Positions 38,107-47,018 of a DNA stretch of 64,000 bases are shown here, piece after piece (positions within the stretch are counted from its first letter, which is position 1; every line of letters begins with the position of its first letter). The stretch comes from a virus. Lineage: Duplodnaviria > Caudoviricetes. The notes under the pieces are model-generated. The model was not told where the DNA came from. It saw only the letters and a list, made by a program, of their open reading frames with translations, and made no database searches. The translations under genes were made by a program, and so were the position numbers. The stretch is taken from IMG/VR virus record IMGVR_UViG_2724679359_000002, positions 1-64,000 of that record; one strand, 5' to 3'.

Positions 38107-38646
38107 ATGAATCTAATCAATAAGTTAATTTTTGCATCCACTGTGATTTTTTCCAGTATCGTCTATGCCGATGGTCCGACAAAATTCCCATCTGTTCCAG
38201 ATATGGTTCAACAGTTTAATGATTTTTCTACTGACAATGGCACTTTTAAAGTAATTTCAAAAAAACCTCTTCATATCCAATTATCTCCAGAAGTATTTCC
38301 GAATGATCTAAAAATAGTGATTTCTGAACAAACAGAAAGAGCAGCGATCTATGGCATATATCGTAGCTTCATTCACACGGGTGTAGATAAAATCACCGTA
38401 ACTGCCATGCCTAAAATTTATAGTAAAAATGATTATTTGATTGCAGATAAAGTGACTATTACAAAAACTCGGGCACAAGCATTAAAAGATATTCAGAAAT
38501 TTATACCCGTTACTGATTTTTCTGAACTCACTATATCTGATGAGTATGGACATGATGAGACGTCTAAAGAATACAAGCAGATTTATTATAATGATCAGGG
38601 CGGAGCTGGCCTTAATGAATTTTTTAAATATATATCTAAAAAATAA
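38107..38646 (+). CDS. Exported protein between repressor and integrase
   Basis: Signal-peptide-like N-terminus ending VYA; AT-rich. Confidence 0.75.
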   Translation: MNLINKLIFASTVIFSSIVYADGPTKFPSVPDMVQQFNDFSTDNGTFKVISKKPLHIQLSPEVFPNDLKIVISEQTERAAIYGIYRSFIHTGVDKITVTAMPKIYSKNDYLIADKVTITKTRAQALKDIQKFIPVTDFSELTISDEYGHDETSKEYKQIYYNDQGGAGLNEFFKYISKK

Positions 38647-38661
38647 ATAGGGGCATTAATT

Positions 38662-39669
38662 TTGGCTGTTCGTAAATTAACCACTGGCAAATGGATTTGT
38701 GAGTGTTATCCCAATGGACGGCGTGGTGAACGGCTTCGCAAGCAGTTTGCCACTAAGGGTGAGGCTCTCTCATTTGAGCGCCGCATGATGCAGAAAGATC
38801 AGGTTGTTGAGGCTTCGGTTGGTAATACATTGAAACTCAGCAATTTGGTTAGTCGTTGGTACGAGATGCACGGGCAAACTCTAACATCGGGCGAAACCCG
38901 AAAGGTAAAGTTAGAGGCTATCTGTGAACGGTTGGGTGACCCACTTGTCACGGATTTTGATAAGAATGCTTTTGCTGTTTATCGGGAACAGCGGCTTAAC
39001 GGTAAATGGCAAGCTAAGGGCAGGGCGGCTCCGAAACAAGCAACGGTTAACCGTGAATATTCTTATCTTCGGGCGGTATTTTCCGAGTTAAAACGGCTAG
39101 GGGAGTGGGAGGGTGATAATCCTCTGGATGGCTTACGCCAATTTAAAGAGGGTGATCAGGAGCTGGCATTTCTCTATCCTGACGATATAAAGCGGCTATT
39201 GGCTGCTTGTGACGAGTCGGAAAATAAAGACCTGGGTAATGTGGTTCGCTTATGCCTGGCTACCGGTGCAAGATGGAGTGAGGCACAAGGGCTTTCTCAG
39301 TCTCAACTTATGCCGAATCGTGTCACATTTACTCAGACTAAAAGTAAGCGTAATCGTACAGTTCCCATATCCAAACGTTTATATGACCGCTTGCCTAAAC
39401 GGCGCGGGCCAATGTTTTCATCCTGTTATGATGCTTTCAAAAATGCACTAAAAAGGGCGGGGATAGAACTGCCTAAAGGACAGCGTACTCACGTACTGCG
39501 GCACACATTTGCCAGCCACTTTATGATGGGGGGCGGCAACATTCTGGTACTGCAACAAATCCTTGGTCACAGCACTATCGTGATGACTATGCGTTACTCA
39601 CATTTCGCCCCGGATCATCTGGATGCAGCACTAACATTAAATCCCTATGACAAGCTCGAAAATGACTAA
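38662..39669 (+). CDS. int: Tyrosine integrase
   Basis: TGARWSE, HVLRHTFASH, ILGHS, MRYSH catalytic residues. Confidence 0.96.
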   Translation: MAVRKLTTGKWICECYPNGRRGERLRKQFATKGEALSFERRMMQKDQVVEASVGNTLKLSNLVSRWYEMHGQTLTSGETRKVKLEAICERLGDPLVTDFDKNAFAVYREQRLNGKWQAKGRAAPKQATVNREYSYLRAVFSELKRLGEWEGDNPLDGLRQFKEGDQELAFLYPDDIKRLLAACDESENKDLGNVVRLCLATGARWSEAQGLSQSQLMPNRVTFTQTKSKRNRTVPISKRLYDRLPKRRGPMFSSCYDAFKNALKRAGIELPKGQRTHVLRHTFASHFMMGGGNILVLQQILGHSTIVMTMRYSHFAPDHLDAALTLNPYDKLEND

Positions 39670-39776
39670 TTTTTAATGGCGGCGCAAACTAACCCTGCGC
39701 AAATATAGCCAAACATACTCACAATTAACCAATTGATATAACTTAACTTTATGTTTTCATTGGTTATGTTTTATTT

Positions 39777-39830
39777 TTTAAAATCCCTCGGCTTATGGCT
39801 GTGCGGGTTCAAGTCCCGCCCCGGGCACCA
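39777..39830 (+). tRNA. 3' half of tRNA-Leu(UAA), serving as att core (not an intact tRNA)
   Basis: TTTAAAATCCCTCGG...GGGTTCAAGTCCCGCCCCGGGCACCA contains anticodon loop, variable arm, T arm and CCA; the 5' half is absent. Confidence 0.9.
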
Positions 39831-39874
39831 TGGAAAATAGTATAAGTAAAACAAAGTAGTATGAGTATGTCGTT

Positions 39875-39897
39875 AACCGCCGTGAGGCGGTTTTTTT
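39875..39897 (+). terminator. Rho-independent terminator after the att core
   Basis: AACCGCC-GTGA-GGCGGTT followed by a T tract. Confidence 0.85.
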
Positions 39898-39915
39898 GTG
39901 CCTGAGATTTGGTAA

Positions 39916-39958
39916 GTGGCAGCAGAGTGACTACAAAATGACTACATTGTGTCTACGG
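39916..39958. repeat. Putative integrase arm-type sites
   Basis: Direct repeats GTGACTACA / ATGACTACA / GTGTCTACG near att. Confidence 0.5.
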
Positions 39959-40049
39959 CACTTTTCTCACCTTAAAAGCTGCACCCCGCAGCAAGCACGA
40001 TAAACCGCCAGTTATCCCCAATAAGATACGAATTACACAGAATTTTGAT

Positions 40050-40078
40050 ATAAAAAAACCTGCAATTCGCAGGCTTCT
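40050..40078 (-). terminator. Terminator after ogr
   Basis: Minus strand GCCTGC-GAATT-GCAGGT followed by a T tract. Confidence 0.75.
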
Positions 40079-40082
40079 TCAA

Positions 40083-40298
40083 TTACATCCACAACACGCC
40101 TTGATTCCCTTTAGGGTGGGGCGGTACAGCATTAATTATTCCCGGTTCCATTATCGTTTCAACGATAGTTTCATGGGTCTTAAAGGTTTTACCGCAATTA
40201 ATATTGGTGCACTGGTGATAGCGTTCTTTCGTTTCGTCACTAAGGTAACGGCTGGATCTCGCGTGTGCTGCAAATTTACAACGTGGGCAATGCATCAT
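40083..40298 (-). CDS. ogr: Ogr/Delta family late activator
   Basis: CPRC..AAHARSSR...KERYHQCTNINCG.TF. Confidence 0.93.
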   Translation of the reverse strand: MMHCPRCKFAAHARSSRYLSDETKERYHQCTNINCGKTFKTHETIVETIMEPGIINAVPPHPKGNQGVLWM

Positions 40299-40389
40299 AT
40301 TTACCTCCGAAACTGCATATTCAGTAATTATGCTGATCTTATCACCAGTATTCGCATTTGTGAAATAAATATCAATTAGTTGAATGTGG

Positions 40390-41556
40390 TTACTCTAAGG
40401 CCTCATAAGTGACATCCGACAACAACACTTCGAGAGATAACTGGGTGGTGTAGCCGCTGTTACTCAGGCTGTGCGTTACCTTGCTGATTATCCAGCTCTG
40501 TTGGTCTATCACCGATTTAAAACCATTGACCGCAACAGGGGTTTCAGGAAATAAATCAGCGCGGCCCATGGCTAAGGTGATAGAAAACTCCGCAACACCG
40601 CGCTGTAACTTCTCCCATTTAGATTGAGCGGCGCGCATAGCGGCTTTTTGCGTGGCGTAAACTGTCGTGATAGCAAAAACGTTATCTTCTGACCCCACCA
40701 GATAATCCCCTTGTTTTTCCTCCACCGGCTTTTTCACTGCGGCCGCTTTGGTGCGGGTCGGTTTGGCTTTGGGGTGTTCCAGTGCGCGGAGCTGCTTAAA
40801 CTTTGGCTTACGCTGCAACTTAACCTTTTTCGGCTTGGCCGGTTTGGGGTCTTTGGTGTGTAACCAACTGGCACTGACACCGGTATACGCGCCCCGGTCA
40901 GCAATACTAAAGCTGTGCTGGTCGCCATCTTGCCGGGTGATCGTCATCTGCGGAATGGGTTTCCCGCTGGCCGTGACACCACTGCCCGGCTTGATAAATA
41001 ACAATCGCCCAGCTTTGACGGCGGCTACCGCGCCATTCAGTGAAGCTAACCGGGTGATAAATTTGGCGTCAGTCTCTTGGGTCTGGTCGATATGAGAAAT
41101 AGCGATATCCGCCAGACCGTCAGCCAGCATCGCTTTCAGGTTGTTGCGCTCGGCCACTTGCGCCACCACTTTACCCAGTGTTGTCTCATGATAAGAGACT
41201 TCTCGCCGGGCATTGAGTGAGCCGCGAAAATCCGCACTGCGGGCGCGAATGGTCAGCGTGTCCGGCGCGCCATGGTGTTCGACCTCATCCACGGTAAAAT
41301 CACCTTTACCAATCAGGCTCGCCCCTTTCCAGCCCAAGAACACCGACAGCACCGCGCCCCGCTCTGGCATGGCGAGCTGGCCGTCAGCGTCATCAAGTTC
41401 GATATCAAGCTGGTCAGCCTCAAAGCCGCGGTTATCGGTCAGACTCATAGATAACAGCCGGTCACGAATATTCTGCGTAATATCTTTCTGGTTTATGGTC
41501 AGCATAAAGTCCGGGGCCATATCCGCACCCGCCGGTAGTGCCATGCCGGTCATCAT
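40390..41556 (-). CDS. D: gpD tail protein
   Basis: LTDNRGFEADQLDIELDD. Confidence 0.92.
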   Translation of the reverse strand: MMTGMALPAGADMAPDFMLTINQKDITQNIRDRLLSMSLTDNRGFEADQLDIELDDADGQLAMPERGAVLSVFLGWKGASLIGKGDFTVDEVEHHGAPDTLTIRARSADFRGSLNARREVSYHETTLGKVVAQVAERNNLKAMLADGLADIAISHIDQTQETDAKFITRLASLNGAVAAVKAGRLLFIKPGSGVTASGKPIPQMTITRQDGDQHSFSIADRGAYTGVSASWLHTKDPKPAKPKKVKLQRKPKFKQLRALEHPKAKPTRTKAAAVKKPVEEKQGDYLVGSEDNVFAITTVYATQKAAMRAAQSKWEKLQRGVAEFSITLAMGRADLFPETPVAVNGFKSVIDQQSWIISKVTHSLSNSGYTTQLSLEVLLSDVTYEALE

Positions 41557-42038
41557 GAGAATAATCCCCCGATAGCGGCCTGCGCTTTGCCGGTAATTTC
41601 TGTTGCCTTACCCAGTAACTCGTCAGCCTGTTGTTGCAGGTCGCCGAACATGGCCGTTAACGACTCATCCACCCGCAACAGATTGAGGGTGAATTCAATG
41701 CGCCGTGCGCTACCGTCTTCAAAAAACACACTGCGGGTCAGGCTCAGGCTTTCAACCACAAACATCCCGTAAATCATGCCACTGCCCTCAATCAGCGGCC
41801 ACGCTTTGCCTTGGTCAGCCATGACTTCCAGCGCCAGCAGCGAGATACGGCCACCCGTCAACTCTGGCAACAACACGCCAGATAAGGTGATTTTCTCACT
41901 GTCGACACCAAGAAATTGCGCAGCCGGGCGCAGGCCCACCCGGCTGTTAGTGGGCCAGCGGTAATCAATATTGCGCCCCATGCTTTGGTAAGGGGTGGTC
42001 TGTAACATAAAGACAAATAAACCCAGTGATAACATCAT
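41553..42038 (-). CDS. U: gpU tail protein
   Basis: ITLSGVLLPELTGG. Confidence 0.92.
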   Translation of the reverse strand: MMLSLGLFVFMLQTTPYQSMGRNIDYRWPTNSRVGLRPAAQFLGVDSEKITLSGVLLPELTGGRISLLALEVMADQGKAWPLIEGSGMIYGMFVVESLSLTRSVFFEDGSARRIEFTLNLLRVDESLTAMFGDLQQQADELLGKATEITGKAQAAIGGLFS

Positions 42039-42040
42039 GA

Positions 42041-44470
42041 TTAATTCTCCATTTGGCCGCGCTGACGGACGCGCTTATCCCGTTCGTTCTTTGCCAGCGC
42101 ATCGGTCATCATTCGCTCGGCATCTTGTCGGCTCATGCCTGGCGGGATAGTTATCTTGATATCGTTAGTGGTCACACTGCTATCAACGATAGTGGTGCCA
42201 GCATTCGCAGTCACCGGCTGATAACCGCCATATAACACGCCGCCACTGGGTGAGTATCCGCCCGCGTAAGGGTTATCTTTCGGGACTTTATCGGCCAGCC
42301 CGTCAGACTTGGTGTCGATAATGCCGAGTTTTTCCAGCACCCAGTCAATGCCACTGCGCAGAGCATTCAGCGCGTTCATCGGCAGACTGAGCGCCGCCGC
42401 CAGACCCTCACCAAATAACTTGCCCGCATTGGTGGCTACGTCCAAGGTTTCTTGCGTGGCTTTCACCGGTTTAATCAGGTCAGCGAACCAGTTCGAAAGC
42501 TGTTTCACCTTGTCACTAAACCAGTTAAACACCGGTTTAAGCGGCTCAAAAGCGGCACTGATTGGCCCCATGGCCGCAGTAAAGCCCTCGGCCACACCCG
42601 CAATAAAGGCGCTGATAGGTTCCCAGTATTTACGGATAAGCAGACCACCGGCCACAATGGCCGCGACCACTGCCACTATTGGCCATGTCAGCGCCGTGAG
42701 TGCGGCAGCAATGGTTCCGGCCATCAATGAAAAGCCGGTACTCAACAGACTGGCCCCGGCCAATAGCAGGTTAAACCCGGCCATGACCGGCCATGCCATC
42801 AGCCCCAGCGCACCCAACCCGGCGACCAGTGCCAGCGCTCCGCCGGTCACTTTGGTAATAGTGGCGACCAGCTCCGGGTTTTTCTTGGCCCACACCGCGA
42901 CATTGACCAGCCAGTCTGTCGCGGTCACGGTCAGTTGGCGCAGTGCAGAGTCCTGTTTCTCAAACACTTCAATCTCTAAGTCTTCCCATGCCGAACTCAG
43001 GTTTTTCAGGTCGCCGTCGAGGTTGTCCATTCTGACCGTGGCGATAGATTGCGCGGTGCCATCAGCATTTTTTAGCTTACTTTGCTTCTCCGCCAGCTTG
43101 CCGTTACCGGCTGCGGCCACCAGTTTCACCGCGCCTTTCATCGCTTCATCACCAAAGATCACTTTCAGGTATTCGGCTTGCTGTGCGGTGCCTAACTTGT
43201 TCTTTTTAAACGAGCGGTCAATATCTTTGAGGATTTTCTCCACCGGCAACATATTGCCTTTGCCGTCGCGGGTGGTTATCCCCAGTTCGCGCAAGGCTTC
43301 CGGTGCTTTGCCGATAGGAGCCTGTAAGCGGCTAAATACCGCACTGGTACTGGTACCGGCCATACTGCCTTTTATGCCGTTATCGGCCAGAACACCGAGT
43401 AGCGCGGTAGTGTCTTCGATGCTGGCCCCGGCGGCCTCGGCAATCGGGGCGACATATTTCATCGCCTCGCCCAGCTCTAACAGGTTGGTGTTTGAACTGG
43501 TGAAGCCTTTCGCCATCACGTCCGACACGCGTTGAATCTGGTCTAATGGCAGGTTAAACGCCGATTGCATGTTAGTGACAATATCGGCCGCCTCGGCAAT
43601 ATCCACACCGGATGCCAGCGACAGGTTAACCGTCGGTTCAGTGGCGGCCAGAATGGCGTCAGCGTCATAGCCTGAGCGGGCCAGCGTGTCTTGGGTTCGT
43701 GCCACATCGGTTGGAGAAAAGGCGGTTGAGCCGCCAATGTCACGCGCCTGCTGACGAATGGCGGCCAGCTTGGTGTCGTTTTTATCCAGCCCCAAAATCG
43801 CCTGAGTGCCGGACATCTGGCTGTCGAACTCGATACCCGGCGCAATCAGTTTCGCCGCGCCGTACAGCCCGGCGGTGGCTATGCCCAGACTGGCCGCGCT
43901 GGTATTACGCACCGCACTGGTGGCGGCTTTGCCTTTCTGGTAACGGTTGCTAATACGGTTGAGCTGTTCCTGTTTCATACTCAGGCGTTGCAGCTCTTGC
44001 CGTTGGCGACTCAGGGCGACAGTCGCCTCGGCGGCACTGCTGCGTAACCGGCGCTGTTCACTGCTCAGGTTTTTGGTCGCTATGCCGTCAGCGTTGAGCG
44101 CATCGCGCTGGCGCTGTACCGATGTACGCAACCCGTTGTACTTGGTTTGCAGTTCAGCCGCTGCGCGCTTGGCTCCCTCCATCAGCCGGGCTTGTTGGGC
44201 GGTGGGTTTCTCAGTGTTTTTAAACGCAATCGCCAGCGCCGCCGCGTCTTCTTTGGCTTTTTTTAATGCCTGCCCGGTGACCGCCAGTTGGGCGCTGGCC
44301 TTGCGGAAACCGTCAATTTTCGCCGCCTGCGCATCAAGGGATTTGATGCTGCTTTGCGTATTGCGAATGTCGCCAGTGAGAGATTTACTGGCGGTTTGAA
44401 TGGCTTTAAACGGGCGGGTAGCTTGGTCTACGGCTTTGAGCAATACCTGTAACTGTAAGCTCTTACTCAT
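42041..44470 (-). CDS. T: Tape measure protein (809 aa)
   Basis: LKAVDQATRPF, GIKGSMAGT, DNLDGDLK. Confidence 0.92.
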   Translation of the reverse strand: MSKSLQLQVLLKAVDQATRPFKAIQTASKSLTGDIRNTQSSIKSLDAQAAKIDGFRKASAQLAVTGQALKKAKEDAAALAIAFKNTEKPTAQQARLMEGAKRAAAELQTKYNGLRTSVQRQRDALNADGIATKNLSSEQRRLRSSAAEATVALSRQRQELQRLSMKQEQLNRISNRYQKGKAATSAVRNTSAASLGIATAGLYGAAKLIAPGIEFDSQMSGTQAILGLDKNDTKLAAIRQQARDIGGSTAFSPTDVARTQDTLARSGYDADAILAATEPTVNLSLASGVDIAEAADIVTNMQSAFNLPLDQIQRVSDVMAKGFTSSNTNLLELGEAMKYVAPIAEAAGASIEDTTALLGVLADNGIKGSMAGTSTSAVFSRLQAPIGKAPEALRELGITTRDGKGNMLPVEKILKDIDRSFKKNKLGTAQQAEYLKVIFGDEAMKGAVKLVAAAGNGKLAEKQSKLKNADGTAQSIATVRMDNLDGDLKNLSSAWEDLEIEVFEKQDSALRQLTVTATDWLVNVAVWAKKNPELVATITKVTGGALALVAGLGALGLMAWPVMAGFNLLLAGASLLSTGFSLMAGTIAAALTALTWPIVAVVAAIVAGGLLIRKYWEPISAFIAGVAEGFTAAMGPISAAFEPLKPVFNWFSDKVKQLSNWFADLIKPVKATQETLDVATNAGKLFGEGLAAALSLPMNALNALRSGIDWVLEKLGIIDTKSDGLADKVPKDNPYAGGYSPSGGVLYGGYQPVTANAGTTIVDSSVTTNDIKITIPPGMSRQDAERMMTDALAKNERDKRVRQRGQMEN

Positions 44471-44645
44471 GGTTTACGGCTCCACTTCGTAGCAGGGCTT
44501 TATGACGCCAGCGCACCAGCTCGGTGAGGCTCAACCCCCAAAGCTCCGACGGCGGCCAGTGAAAAATGGCGGCAATATCCGCCATCAGGTCATCCACTTC
44601 CAGTTTCGGGTCGAGCGTTACACCCCCCGTTTCGGTGATAAAAAA
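44463..44645 (-). CDS. gpE' -1 frameshift extension
   Basis: T6 run at 44640-44645; the -1 frame reads VDDLMADIAAIFHWPPSE...WRHKA. Confidence 0.85.
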   Translation of the reverse strand, partial: FFITETGGVTLDPKLEVDDLMADIAAIFHWPPSELWGLSLTELVRWRHKALLRSGAVNHE

Positions 44646-44929
44646 CCAACCACCTTACCGGCCAGCGCCACTAAATCGGGTAACTCCAGACGGTTGCATT
44701 CTGCGGCGGTCAGTGTCGGTGAGGTGATACGGGGCAACACAATAATCAGCGCATCGACATCAGCATTGGCTACATCAAGCAGCCTCACCCCGCGCAACGA
44801 CCCAGCATTGGGGCGGTAAACTTCAATTTCAGTAATCAGGCTATCGCCGCGTTTTAATGGGGTATCCAGTACCACCACATTCTCGTTAATCTCGGCGACA
44901 GGTTCAGTTTTAGCAGTCACTTTTTTCAT
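44618..44929 (-). CDS. E: Tail assembly chaperone gpE
   Basis: PNAGSLRGV, VLPRITSPTL. Confidence 0.9.
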   Translation of the reverse strand: MKKVTAKTEPVAEINENVVVLDTPLKRGDSLITEIEVYRPNAGSLRGVRLLDVANADVDALIIVLPRITSPTLTAAECNRLELPDLVALAGKVVGFLSPKRGV

Positions 44930-44984
44930 GGTTTTTTCCAGTTCAGTCAGGGAGGGCCAGCGGATTAACACTGGCCGTCAGGGG

Positions 44985-45500
44985 TTAGCGGCCAATGGCC
45001 TTGCGTTGGGCTTCCAGCAGGTCTACGCCGTTAACCATTTCAATCAGGTTAACCACGTCAATCTCCATCACTACCTTGCCGTCAATGGTCAGCTTGTAAT
45101 AAGTACACTGGGTGGATACCTTGGTTTCGGTGTCTTCCCCTTGTTTGGATTCGCCACCATCAATCTCTTTATGACGGCCACGGATTTCGACCTCTACCGC
45201 AGTGACCTCGCCAGTGTCATCACGCTGATAAGCCCCGGCAAAACGCAGCGGAACCGCGTCAACTTTGGGCGTCCCCCATTGCTGCAATACCAGCTCGTCA
45301 ATGCCGCCCATCGACCACTCCATGGAAAGCGCATCGTCATCCAGACCCAAATCAATCGGCGCAACACCATTCATCCCACCGCCTCGGTAGTTCTCCAGCT
45401 TGCGGGTGAGTTTCGGCAGGGTGATTGAGGACACGATCCCCATGTAATCCCGGCCATCGTTAAACAGGTTCATCAATTTCAGCTTACGTGGCAGTGCCAT
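44985..45500 (-). CDS. FII: Tail tube protein
   Basis: MALPRKLK motif; paralog of 5393-5908. Confidence 0.95.
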   Translation of the reverse strand: MALPRKLKLMNLFNDGRDYMGIVSSITLPKLTRKLENYRGGGMNGVAPIDLGLDDDALSMEWSMGGIDELVLQQWGTPKVDAVPLRFAGAYQRDDTGEVTAVEVEIRGRHKEIDGGESKQGEDTETKVSTQCTYYKLTIDGKVVMEIDVVNLIEMVNGVDLLEAQRKAIGR

Positions 45501-45513
45501 AAGTCAGGTTTCC

Positions 45514-46683
45514 TTAGCTGTTGACGGCAGCGGCAAAGTTCACCAGATATTTATCGGTGATACGCTGGCGCAGGGTTAAATCTTCCAGTGGTGGCACTGG
45601 GGTGTAGTCGTAATCGATAAACAGCTTGCCCGCTTTCAGGGTGTCTTTATCGTTGGCGCTGTCGTCATACCAGCAACTGCCGTCAATAATCAGCCCGGCA
45701 GATTTCATTTCGCGGAATTTGGCATTGATGCTGCCAATCATGTCTTTAACCAGCGTCGGGTGCATCGGGCGGTCAATCGCCCACAACTGCGCCTCGGCCA
45801 TGGTGTCAGCCAGAATTTGTGCGGTGCGGGTGTAGTTCTCAAAGGCGAATAGCGGGTCATCAGAACAGGTGCGCGAACCCCAAAACTTGAAGCCGTCTTT
45901 ACGGATGAGCGTGGTGACGCAGGCTTGGTTTAGCAGGTCGGCGTCTGTGCCAACGGTTTGCAAATCCCAGTAGACGCTGGCAGAGATACCGGTCACGCCA
46001 TTCACCCCAACATTAGATAGGGTTTTATGCCAGCCCGTCTCTTGGTCAATCTTGGCGCGCAGACCCAGCGCGCGGGCAGTGGCATAAGCAATATCAGTGC
46101 TGTTGGCGGTGGTGTTCCAGTTCAGGAAGTCCGGCCAAATCAACATCAGCTCGCGCTGGCTGAAATTGTCACGGTACAAAATGGCTTCGGAAAGGGTCTT
46201 GCAACCGTAGGCGCTGATATAGCCAAAGGCGCGCAACTGCTGGCAGATACTCGCCAGTGCGGTAGACACCTGCTGATTATCCAGCCCCGGCACACCCAAA
46301 ATACGCGGGCGCACACCGGTGACAGACTGCGCATCTAACAGCGCTTTCATGCCGGTGTAGCGGCCGTTCTCGTCAGCGCCGCCGATAATATTGGAGGTAG
46401 TTTCAGCCTCATCTTTACCGCTAGCCACCCGCACCACAATGGTAACCGGGCGGGCTTGTTCCGCAATCGCCAGCAATGACGCGGCCAGCGTGCCTTTTTT
46501 TCCGGCTTTGCCAGCGGCGGCCAGCACATTGGTAATCAGTACCGGGGTATCGAGAGGAAAGGTTGCCGCGTCGGCATCCTCGGCGGTGCAGACCATGCCG
46601 ACAATGGCGGTGGAAATAGTGGAAATGACGCGCGTCCCCTCGTTGATTTCGATGACACGGACGCCGTGATGGTAATCACTCAT
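45514..46683 (-). CDS. FI: Tail sheath protein
   Basis: [10 protein letters not shown]; paralog of 5920-7095. Confidence 0.95.
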   Translation of the reverse strand: MSDYHHGVRVIEINEGTRVISTISTAIVGMVCTAEDADAATFPLDTPVLITNVLAAAGKAGKKGTLAASLLAIAEQARPVTIVVRVASGKDEAETTSNIIGGADENGRYTGMKALLDAQSVTGVRPRILGVPGLDNQQVSTALASICQQLRAFGYISAYGCKTLSEAILYRDNFSQRELMLIWPDFLNWNTTANSTDIAYATARALGLRAKIDQETGWHKTLSNVGVNGVTGISASVYWDLQTVGTDADLLNQACVTTLIRKDGFKFWGSRTCSDDPLFAFENYTRTAQILADTMAEAQLWAIDRPMHPTLVKDMIGSINAKFREMKSAGLIIDGSCWYDDSANDKDTLKAGKLFIDYDYTPVPPLEDLTLRQRITDKYLVNFAAAVNS

Positions 46684-46755
46684 AGATTAACTCTCTGTTG
46701 GTTGAGGGTGAGAGTATGGTGACGGGTTAGCGCGTGGGGGGCGATTGATAGGGGA

Positions 46756-46773
46756 TGTGTGGTGGATGGCACA
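46756..46773 (-). promoter_or_regulatory. Ogr-dependent late promoter site (pF)
   Basis: TGT-N12-ACA. Confidence 0.8.
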
Positions 46774-46829
46774 ATATAATTTTGAGGTTTATGGCCGCCA
46801 ACTGGCGCGGCCAATGAATCGTTACATTA

Positions 46830-47012
46830 TCATTCCGGCACAGGTAACCCATGGCGGGAGGATTCAGGAATAGCGTCATAAAACTCGGCCCATAATGGAT
46901 CGTTTGATTCAATTTCACCTAAAAAATCATGAGTTTCTGTGTCTTGCGGCCCTGAAAAGTAACTGACTATCTTTGTTTTTTTCTTATCTGAAAACTGAAC
47001 GTTAATCATCAT
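46830..47012 (-). CDS. Small tail-fibre-associated protein (60 aa)
   Basis: Directly after H with GAGGA SD; VQFSD....IVSYF..PQD...DP.W..FY. Confidence 0.7.
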   Translation of the reverse strand: MMINVQFSDKKKTKIVSYFSGPQDTETHDFLGEIESNDPLWAEFYDAIPESSRHGLPVPE

Positions 47013-47018
47013 ATATCC

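Larger units (their letters stand above)
1..39830. mobile_element. P2-like prophage 1 (left att lies outside the window)
   Basis: Canonical P2 gene order ogr-D-U-T-E-FII-FI-G-H-I-J-W-V-S-R-lysis-X-L-M-N-O / P-Q / A-early genes-cox-C-int, ending at a tRNA-derived att core. Confidence 0.95.

Noticed and set aside
39777-39830. Possible intact tRNA-Leu gene
   Set aside because: The 5' acceptor strand and D arm are missing; it is only the att duplication.
42309-43535. 408-aa antisense ORF opposite the tape measure gene
   Set aside because: Codon-aligned shadow of an Ala/Gly-rich gene; no motifs or RBS. Similar shadows occur opposite V, O and T of both prophages.
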